Assembly: GCA_040389905.1 (NCBI GenBank)
Contig: JAZJZK010000033.1
Location: 1-17,001, forward strand
Length of the DNA: 17,001 nucleotides
Source: Gemmatimonadota bacterium
Lineage (GTDB): Bacteria > Gemmatimonadota > Gemmatimonadetes > Gemmatimonadales > Gemmatimonadaceae
Direction of reading: 5' to 3'
The notes under the pieces were generated by a model, which saw only the letters and a program-made list of their open reading frames with translations, was not told the DNA's origin and ran no database searches. Positions 10,526 through 17,001 of this stretch are shown piece by piece. Each line of letters starts with the position of its first letter. Position 1 is the first letter of the stretch. The translations under genes and the position numbers were made by a program.

Positions 10526-11292
10526 TGGGAACTGTTCTCGCCGTCGTCAGTCAGAAGGGAGGAGTCGGGAAGACCACCACCGCCATCAACCTTGCGAGCG
10601 CGCTCGCTCGGCGAGGCCGGAAGACGCTGCTCGTCGATGTCGACCCGCAGGGTTCCGTGCGTCACGGAATCGGGTTGACGTCGGAAACACAGCAGGCTGG
10701 ACTGGCGGACGTGCTCGCCGGAACGCACGAACTCCAGGACGTCATCCTCGCGACGGACCAGCCGTGGTTGCGCGTGTTGCTTGCCGGATCCGTGTCCGAT
10801 TCCGCGGAGCATGAGACCTACCGTGCGCGGATCGCCGAGTCGCCTCGCCTTGGCGATCTCTTTGCCCGCGCACGGAGCCGAGGATACGTGGTCATCGTAG
10901 ACTCGCCCCCGGGGTTGGGCTCGGTGACGCGGCGGGTGCTCGCGCACAGCCAGCACGTCATCGTGCCCCTCCAATCGGAACCGCTCGCACTCCAGACGAC
11001 GACGCAAATCCTTCGCGCCATCCGTGACGCGGCCACCACAAATCCCGAATTGGTCCTCGACGGCATTCTGCTCACGATGGTCGAAGCGGGGAACGCCGTC
11101 TCGGAGCGTGTGGCCGCCTATGTGCGCGAGCAGCTGCCGCCCGACCTTTTGCTCGACGTCGTCATTCCGCGAACGATGGCATCCATCGATGCATTCGCCG
11201 CTGGGCAGCCAGTCGTGTTGCGTTCGCCGGATGATCCCGCCGCACAGGCGTACACGCGGCTCGCGGAACTGCTGGACCCCAAGCTGGTATGA
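10525..11292 (+). CDS. ParA/Soj-family ATPase (orphan, no adjacent parB)
   Basis: Deviant Walker A SQKGGVGKTT, A' VDVDPQGS, Walker B IVDSPP; GTG start overlaps the TPR gene stop (TAGTG). Confidence 0.92.
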   Translation: MGTVLAVVSQKGGVGKTTTAINLASALARRGRKTLLVDVDPQGSVRHGIGLTSETQQAGLADVLAGTHELQDVILATDQPWLRVLLAGSVSDSAEHETYRARIAESPRLGDLFARARSRGYVVIVDSPPGLGSVTRRVLAHSQHVIVPLQSEPLALQTTTQILRAIRDAATTNPELVLDGILLTMVEAGNAVSERVAAYVREQLPPDLLLDVVIPRTMASIDAFAAGQPVVLRSPDDPAAQAYTRLAELLDPKLV

Positions 11293-12053
11293 CACGGATG
11301 CTCCCGAAATGGCTCTCCGCTGCGCTCGCGGCGCTGTTCGTCGTCGTCGCATGCGAAGCGGTCCCGACTTTCGCGGACGGCGTTGCGTATATCTCTCCGA
11401 TCAAGTTGCCGGCAAAGGCCGTCGCTGCCGGCGACAAGCTTCGCGATAGCACGGGTGCGATCGCTCCGCTTACGGTCGAAGCATACGACGCTCAGGGGGT
11501 GCTCGTTCCCGGCGTGACAGCCACGTACATCGTGAGCACGTTGCCAGCGGGCGTTACGGTCGACGCGAACGGCGTCGTGACGGCACTCGACTCGATTCGC
11601 ACCGTCCAGATCGTCGCGCGCATTGGCGACCGACTCCAGACGACTGCAGCGACACTCGACGTCGTTGCGCAGCCCGACTCGATGGCCAGGAGCGGCACGC
11701 TCGACTCACTCGCGGTTGCCGCGGTGTCGAGCGCGCTCCAGGTGACCATCACAGGCAACCGGCGCGGTACCCGCGTGCCCGTGAAGGGAATCGTCGTCCG
11801 CTATCGCATCACCGGTGTCTTCCCCTCGCGCTCGATCGACCCGACACAATTCTTCTTCCTCGAGGGGCTGAGCAAGGACCTCACTCGCTCCGCGGATACG
11901 ACCGATGCGAGTGGTTCCGCGAGCAGGACAATCGAAACGCTCGCCACGGGGATCGATTCGATCGTCGTGCAGGCGGACGCGAACTCGTTGCTCGGCCAGC
12001 CTCTCAATGGCAGCCCGATGCGGTTTGCACTTCGCGTCAAGAAGGGCGGCTGA
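11289..12053 (+). CDS. Lipoprotein with beta-rich, probably Ig-like domains
   Basis: Signal peptide ending in lipobox VVAC; V/T-rich strands, VTVDANGVVTA and TTDASGSAS reminiscent of bacterial Ig-like repeats; ATGA overlap with the ParA gene stop. Confidence 0.8.
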   Translation: MTRMLPKWLSAALAALFVVVACEAVPTFADGVAYISPIKLPAKAVAAGDKLRDSTGAIAPLTVEAYDAQGVLVPGVTATYIVSTLPAGVTVDANGVVTALDSIRTVQIVARIGDRLQTTAATLDVVAQPDSMARSGTLDSLAVAAVSSALQVTITGNRRGTRVPVKGIVVRYRITGVFPSRSIDPTQFFFLEGLSKDLTRSADTTDASGSASRTIETLATGIDSIVVQADANSLLGQPLNGSPMRFALRVKKGG

Positions 12054-12101
12054 TCGTCAATACGATCTGAGACGGCCACTTTTGGCGCGCATTGAGTTGG
12101 A

Positions 12102-12133
12102 TGTCATCCCGAGCGAAGTCGAGGGATCTGCAC
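12102..12133 (+). repeat. REP-like palindromic repeat, copy 2 (TGTC-tagged)
   Basis: TGTCATCCCGAGCGAAGTCGAGGGATCTGCAC, 30/32 identical to the reverse complement of 1949-1980. Confidence 0.85.
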
Positions 12134-12148
12134 GTTCAGTCTGGGTTT

Positions 12149-12319
12149 GCGCCGGCACATTGAACGCGGATTGAGCGGATCGGCACAGAAGAAACGCTGA
12201 TTGCTTCGGTGCGGCGCGACAGACGTGTCTCGCTCGAAGAAAACGAATTTCGTGTTTCATGCTTGATCAATTGTTTTCTCTTTTCAAATCCGCCCGATCC
12301 GCGTTCAATGTGCCGGCGC
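12149..12319. repeat. 171-bp element with 32-bp terminal inverted repeats (MITE-like or long hairpin)
   Basis: Left arm GCGCCGGCACATTGAACGCGGATTGAGCGGAT (12149-12180) matches the reverse complement of 12288-12319 at 30/32, with the outer 23 nt perfect; 107-bp relatively AT-rich interior. Confidence 0.85.
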
Positions 12320-12419
12320 CCCAATGCGTCCGTGGCCATGGCGGACACGCGCGTCGCGCTGGTATTTTCGCGCACCAACCCTGACGACTCGCGGGTTGCA
12401 CAACCTTTCGGAGACCGTG

Positions 12420-14255
12420 ATGCATTCATCCGGTGGACCCCGTAACTCCGCGCCTGGAACAGTGTGTCAACTGTTCTTCGAAGCCGTTCGGCGGCACAAC
12501 AAGCCAGACGCCCTGCAATACAAAGTCGACGGCACATATCATCCGATCTCGAGCCAGACGCTCGCTGATCGGGTGCGACACCTTGCGCTGGGCCTGCGCG
12601 AGCTTGGCATGAACGCGGGCGATCGGATCGCCATCTTCTCCGAGAATCGGCCGGAGTGGGCGCTTGCGGACTACGCGTGCCTCACGTCCGCGATGCCGGA
12701 CGTTCCCCTCTACCCCAACCTCCCCCCGGAGCAAGCCGCGTACATCATTCGTGACTCGGGCTCCGTCGCGATTTTTGTCAGCGACGCGACGCAGGCGGCC
12801 AAGATTGCGACGGTCCGCGAGACCTGTCCGACACTGCGCGCCACGATCACCTTCGATGCCGCAAAGCACGCGGGCGCCGACTACACGCTCGCGGAGGTCG
12901 AAGCGCTCGGCGCGGCGGTCGACGATGAGACGCACCGCGCCGAATACGTCGCGCGCGCGAACGCGGTGACGCCGAACGACATCCTCACGCTGATCTATAC
13001 CTCGGGCACGACGGGCGATCCCAAGGGCGTCATGCTCACGCACGACAATCTCTACTCCAACGTGATGGCCTCGGCGACGCAGGTTCCGTTCGAGGGCAAT
13101 GATATCGCGCTCAGCTTCCTGCCGCTCTCGCACATCTTCGAGCGGATGGGCGGACACTACCTGATGTTCCACGTGGGTTGCTCGATCGCCTATGCCGAGT
13201 CGATCGACACGGTGCCAGCCGATCTCCAGCGCGTGCGGCCGACACTCGTGCAGTCCGTACCACGACTGTACGAGAAGATGTACGCGCGCGTCCTCGAGAA
13301 TGCACTCTCCGGTGGCGCGGTCAAGCAGCGCATCTTTTTCTGGGCACGGAAGGTCGCCGAGCAGTGGGCGGACGTGAAGCTCGCCGGTGGCGAACCGCGT
13401 GGGATCCTCGCGATCAAGTACCGCATCGCGCAGAAGCTCGTGTTCTCGAAGCTTCAGACGAGAACGGGGGGCAGGCTCCGCTATTTCGTCTCTGGTGGAG
13501 CGCCGCTCGCGACGGAGATCAACAAGTTCTTCTACGCGGCGGGCCTCGTGATTCTCGAAGGCTACGGATTGACGGAGACGTCTCCCGTCATCGCCGTGAA
13601 CACGCCCGATGCGTTTCGGCTTGGTACCGTTGGCAAGTTGGTGCCGGGCGTCGAAGTGTCGATTGCGAACGATGGGGAAATTCTCACGCGCGGCCCGCAT
13701 GTGATGAAAGGCTATTACAACAAGCCCGAGGCGACGGCCGACGCCATCGATGGCGACGGCTGGTTTCACACGGGCGACATCGGTGAGCTTCGCGACGGCT
13801 ATCTGGCCATCACCGATCGCAAGAAGGACATCATCGTCACGGCGGGCGGAAAGAACATCGCGCCGCAACCGATCGAGAATGCGATCAAGACCAACAAGTT
13901 CGTGAGCCAGGCGGTCGTGATCGGCGATAAGCGGAAGTTTCCGATCGTGCTCATCGTCCCGAACTGGGACCAACTGGACAAGTTCGCGGCGAGCGAAGGT
14001 CTCGAGTCCGTCGACCACACGAAGATGCTGACGACCCCCGCGATTCAGGCGAAGATGGACACGGAGGTGCGCGGCCAGCTCACGGGTCTCGCCAAATTCG
14101 AGATGCCCAAGAAGATCGCCCTGTTAGAGCATGACTTCTCGATCGAACGCGGCGAGTTGACGCCAACGCTCAAGGTCAAGCGCCGTGTGATCGACAAGAC
14201 GTACAAGTCCGTGATCGATGCGTTGTATGCCGATGAGCCCGACGGACCTATGTAA
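12420..14255 (+). CDS. fadD: Long-chain fatty acid--CoA ligase (FadD15/ACSL-like AMP-dependent synthetase)
   Basis: P-loop IYTSGTTGDPKGVMLTH, LPLSHIFER, SGGAPL, EGYGLTET, WFHTGDIG, DRKKDIIVTAGGKNIAP, ELTPTLKVKR; GGAG 6 nt upstream of ATG 12420. Confidence 0.92.
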   Translation: MHSSGGPRNSAPGTVCQLFFEAVRRHNKPDALQYKVDGTYHPISSQTLADRVRHLALGLRELGMNAGDRIAIFSENRPEWALADYACLTSAMPDVPLYPNLPPEQAAYIIRDSGSVAIFVSDATQAAKIATVRETCPTLRATITFDAAKHAGADYTLAEVEALGAAVDDETHRAEYVARANAVTPNDILTLIYTSGTTGDPKGVMLTHDNLYSNVMASATQVPFEGNDIALSFLPLSHIFERMGGHYLMFHVGCSIAYAESIDTVPADLQRVRPTLVQSVPRLYEKMYARVLENALSGGAVKQRIFFWARKVAEQWADVKLAGGEPRGILAIKYRIAQKLVFSKLQTRTGGRLRYFVSGGAPLATEINKFFYAAGLVILEGYGLTETSPVIAVNTPDAFRLGTVGKLVPGVEVSIANDGEILTRGPHVMKGYYNKPEATADAIDGDGWFHTGDIGELRDGYLAITDRKKDIIVTAGGKNIAPQPIENAIKTNKFVSQAVVIGDKRKFPIVLIVPNWDQLDKFAASEGLESVDHTKMLTTPAIQAKMDTEVRGQLTGLAKFEMPKKIALLEHDFSIERGELTPTLKVKRRVIDKTYKSVIDALYADEPDGPM

Positions 14256-14272
14256 TTGCGTGAGTGCGGACG

Positions 14273-14377
14273 TACGAAATACGTAATACGTAGTTCGCAA
14301 TACGTAGTTCGTAATACGTACTTCGTAATACGTAGTTCGCAATACGTAGTTCGTAATACGTAGTTCGTAGTACGTAT
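14273..14377. repeat. Tandem heptamer array (15 x 7 bp) with 14-bp and 42-bp higher-order periods
   Basis: TACGAAA TACGTAA then alternating TACGTAG / TTCG(T/C)AA units to TACGTAT; fills most of the gap between convergent fadD and Trm112-like genes. Confidence 0.95.
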
Positions 14378-14381
14378 CTAG

Positions 14382-15020
14382 TTAACCTTGAGCCCGTCTC
14401 ACGTGCAGCGATATCAGCGGCGATGGGTCAGGCTCTCGCTCCGCAACCCACATCGATTCGTCGCGCGCAAGCTCCCGTACTCCCGGCGGCAGTGAAACGC
14501 CCGCAGGCCCGATCACTCGCCCGCCCGTTTTGGTCATCCGCACCGCCGCGGCGATGCGTGCCTCCAAGCCGCTGTCGATCGCTGTCGCGCGCGCCGATCC
14601 CATCGCGAGAGGGATCGCCTCTCCCTCGGTTCTGATCACCGAGATCCCCGGCGAGCCGGTAACATCTTCGGGAGGATCCACAAGCAACAGGGGCAACTCC
14701 ACGATACCGGCCAACGCGACGGCGTGCCGGCCCCAGTCGCCGAGGAGCACCGCGAAGCCGCGGCTGTCGGCAAGATCGAGAAGCGCGGCAATGCGCATCG
14801 CCAACTCCGGATCGGCCTGCCCAACGGCTGGCGCGACGTAAATCGCGTCTCGCCGAAAATCGACGACGCCGTCGCGAATTGGATACTCCGCCTGACATAC
14901 CGGGCACCCGAGCGTCCCGATCACAATGTGCCGAGCTTCGGTCCGCACTGCCGACGCGACAAGCCAGCTCTCTTCGTGCGAAACGGGACAGCGGAGTGCG
15001 TCTACGAGCTCGATGAACAT
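14382..15020 (-). CDS. Hypothetical protein with N-terminal Trm112-like zinc-ribbon domain and possible degenerate methyltransferase-like fold
   Basis: LVDALRCP...GTLGCPVCQAEYPIRDGVVDF matches the Trm112/YcaR pattern; later IPLAMGS and RMTKTGGRVI resemble class I MTase segments but there is no clear GxGxG. Starts 8 nt after the SDR stop. Confidence 0.75.
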   Translation of the reverse strand: MFIELVDALRCPVSHEESWLVASAVRTEARHIVIGTLGCPVCQAEYPIRDGVVDFRRDAIYVAPAVGQADPELAMRIAALLDLADSRGFAVLLGDWGRHAVALAGIVELPLLLVDPPEDVTGSPGISVIRTEGEAIPLAMGSARATAIDSGLEARIAAAVRMTKTGGRVIGPAGVSLPPGVRELARDESMWVAEREPDPSPLISLHVRRAQG

Positions 15021-15028
15021 GCCGGTAG

Positions 15029-15754
15029 TCAGCTCTTCGAAAGCCGCAATTCGTCGACATTCAAGTCGGCTGGCGCCGTAAGGACGTAGTGCACGGCGTC
15101 CGCGACCGCTCCGGGTGTCAGCATGTCTTTCCTCGGCGTAAAACCCGGTTGGCGATCCGGATCGATGGAATCCCAGAGCGGCGTATCCACCGGGCCCGGG
15201 GAAACCAGACTGACCCGCACGCCCGTTCCGCGCAGCTCGGCACGAAGGACTTCATGGAGTGCACGCAGTCCGTGTTTGCTCGCCGCGTACGCGCCATTGC
15301 CGGGATAGACGCTCCGATCGGCAATCGAGCCGATCGTGACGATGTGTCCGGCGCCGTTGCTGCGAAGCCCCGGCAGGAGCGCACGAATCGCGGCGAACGG
15401 CGCCGTCAGGTTCACGGTCAACGTGTCACGGAATGCATCGACTGATGTCTCGTGCGCCGGCGCGATGGAGAAGCCGCCGGCGTTGTTCACGATGATGTCC
15501 GGCGACCCACCGATCTGGGTGCGCAATTGGTCGATCGCGCGGGTCAGGGTATCGGTGTCGCGCAGATCGCACGCGAGGCCGACGGCGCCACCTCCAAGTT
15601 CCTTCGCAAGCGAGGCCAGCGCCGCCTTGTCGCGCGCGAGGAGCACGACTCGCGCGCCTGCGCCCGAGACTCTCCGAGCGATCGCGGCGCCGATGCCGCG
15701 CGACGCACCCGTGATGAGCGCAATACGGCCGGTGAGCGGCTTCGGGGTCATCAT
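15029..15754 (-). CDS. Classical SDR oxidoreductase, probably NADPH-dependent; candidate sepiapterin/pterin reductase by context
   Basis: TGASRGIG, Arg after beta2 (LARD), NNAG, catalytic Ser (GSIA) and YAASK; ATGA overlap with the folE stop. Confidence 0.9.
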   Translation of the reverse strand: MMTPKPLTGRIALITGASRGIGAAIARRVSGAGARVVLLARDKAALASLAKELGGGAVGLACDLRDTDTLTRAIDQLRTQIGGSPDIIVNNAGGFSIAPAHETSVDAFRDTLTVNLTAPFAAIRALLPGLRSNGAGHIVTIGSIADRSVYPGNGAYAASKHGLRALHEVLRAELRGTGVRVSLVSPGPVDTPLWDSIDPDRQPGFTPRKDMLTPGAVADAVHYVLTAPADLNVDELRLSKS

Positions 15755-16356
15755 CGTTGCGTGTACGCCAGGCTGAGGAATTCGTCTCGCGTCTTGGCAT
15801 CGTCACGAAAAACGCCGCGAAGCGCGGAGGTAATCGTGCGGGAGTTTTGCTTCTCCACGCCGCGCATCATCATGCACATGTGGAATGCCTCGATCACCAC
15901 ACCGACGCCGCGTGGTTCCAGCACCTCCTCGATGGCCTTGGCGACCTGTTCGGTGAGGCGTTCCTGCACCTGCAGACGCCTGGCGAACATGTCGACGATG
16001 CGCGGCAACTTCGAGAGCCCGACGATGCGCGTGCTGGGGATGTATGCGACGTGCGCTTTTCCGTAAAACGGCAGCATGTGGTGCTCGCACAGCGAGTAGA
16101 CCTCGATGTCCCGCACCATGACCATGTTCTCGTGCTCTTCGTCGAACAGCGCGTTGCCCACCACGTCCGCGAGCGTCTGCGAATAGCCGCGCGTGAGGAA
16201 CTGCATTGCCTTCGCGACGCGTTCCGGTGTGCGCTGGAGGCCATCGCGCTCCACATCCTCGCCGAGGAGCTCGAGTTGATTGCGGACAAGGTCGGCGTAT
16301 TGGCCAACATCCTCGCCGGCGAGTGGATGGGGCCTTGGACGCTCTGTACTATTCAC
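15751..16356 (-). CDS. folE: GTP cyclohydrolase I (type IA)
   Basis: [54 protein letters not shown] start at 16356 overlaps the PTPS stop. Confidence 0.96.
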   Translation of the reverse strand: MNSTERPRPHPLAGEDVGQYADLVRNQLELLGEDVERDGLQRTPERVAKAMQFLTRGYSQTLADVVGNALFDEEHENMVMVRDIEVYSLCEHHMLPFYGKAHVAYIPSTRIVGLSKLPRIVDMFARRLQVQERLTEQVAKAIEEVLEPRGVGVVIEAFHMCMMMRGVEKQNSRTITSALRGVFRDDAKTRDEFLSLAYTQR

Positions 16357-16762
16357 CGGTGTACTCGACGTAGTTGTTTGGCGTCTCCCAGAGGACGAGA
16401 CGCACGAGATTGCGCGGCCGGATGGCTGGCTCGAGCTCGCGCCAGATGGCAACGATGATGTTCTCGGACGTGGGAATCGTTCCCCGCATGAATGCCACGT
16501 CGAGATTCAGGTTCTTGTGGTCGATCTTGTCCACGACGCGCTCCATGACGATCTGCTTCAGCAGGCCGAGGTCCAACACATAGCCGGTGCGTTCGTCGAT
16601 TTCGCCACGCACGGAGACGTCGAGCGTGTAGTTGTGGCCGTGCCCGTTCGGGTTATTGCACTTGCCGAACACGCGATTGTTCTCCTCGTCGGAGAACGCC
16701 GGATTGTGGACGCGGTGCGCCGCATTGAACATCAGGCGGCGCGTGACCGTTACATGAGGCAT
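16349..16762 (-). CDS. 6-pyruvoyl-tetrahydropterin synthase, animal-like PTPS-II type (COG0720)
   Basis: [28 protein letters not shown] (CX5HGH), [18 protein letters not shown]. Confidence 0.9.
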   Translation of the reverse strand: MPHVTVTRRLMFNAAHRVHNPAFSDEENNRVFGKCNNPNGHGHNYTLDVSVRGEIDERTGYVLDLGLLKQIVMERVVDKIDHKNLNLDVAFMRGTIPTSENIIVAIWRELEPAIRPRNLVRLVLWETPNNYVEYTGE

Positions 16763-16831
16763 GGCACGTCGAACGAGTGATCGAACGAGGTTGTCGGAAA
16801 CAAAGGCGCCGTCAGCCGGCGGCGTTCCCGA

Positions 16832-16837
16832 AGTATA
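16832..16837 (-). promoter_or_regulatory. Putative -10 element for the pterin operon
   Basis: TATACT on the - strand about 70 nt upstream of the PTPS ATG, just downstream of the terminator; no convincing -35. Confidence 0.35.
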
Positions 16838-16863
16838 CGCGAGCCTCGCGCCACTTGGAGCGG

Positions 16864-16902
16864 AAAAAAGACGCGGGCTCCGCCGTGACGCGCGGAGCCC
16901 GC
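16864..16902 (-). terminator. Intrinsic (Rho-independent) terminator
   Basis: Perfect 11-bp GC stem GCGGGCTCCGC/GCGGAGCCCGC with an 8-nt loop, followed on the - strand by GTCTTTTTT. Confidence 0.85.
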
Positions 16903-17001
16903 AAGAACTGGAACGGAGAGGGTTTTTTGAAGCCCAGTCGAAATAATGAGGCTCTCACCACACCTTCCGGCTTCCCCCGCACTGAGGGCATGCCGTCAGT
17001 A

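Noticed and set aside
12426..14018. Long antisense or alternative-frame ORFs (also 40-1377, 4658-5815, 5835-6851, 10522-11352, 15757-16458)
   Set aside because: Shadow ORFs typical of high-GC coding DNA; they overlap well-supported genes and show no family motifs.
14124..14342. 72-aa ORF MRTTYYEVRITNYV...
   Set aside because: Translation of the heptamer repeat running antisense into fadD.
14273..14377. CRISPR array
   Set aside because: Contiguous 7-bp units with no unique spacers, and no cas genes.
16349..16762. Annotation as queD with a preQ1 riboswitch
   Set aside because: Motif is CX5HGH rather than CX3HGH, no queC/E/F nearby, and no recognisable preQ1 aptamer upstream.

Overview
GC-rich (roughly 65%) bacterial chromosomal segment, probably Gemmatimonadota-like (inferred from gene style, not verified), with 19 protein-coding genes. 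In order: corA; a CAP/SCP lipoprotein; a small membrane protein; pyrimidine-nucleoside/thymidine phosphorylase; a secreted TPR protein resembling the eukaryotic RMDN family; a tightly packed + strand run (DivK-like receiver, REC-GGDEF diguanylate cyclase, stand-alone GAF protein, ligA, V4R protein); a phosphoribosyltransferase; a coupled TPR / orphan ParA / lipoprotein operon; a long-chain acyl-CoA synthetase; and a - strand four-gene pterin operon (animal-type PTPS-II, folE, an SDR, a Trm112-like protein). The pterin operon is the most interesting feature and looks like a complete tetrahydrobiopterin (BH4)-type pathway. Intergenic DNA carries three copies of a TGTC-tagged REP-like palindrome, a 171-bp element with 32-bp inverted repeats, a hierarchical 7/14/42-bp tandem repeat, and a terminator preceded by a possible structured RNA at the right edge. 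I saw no rRNA, tRNA, CRISPR array or transposase. Family assignments come from motif recognition by eye; no searches were run.
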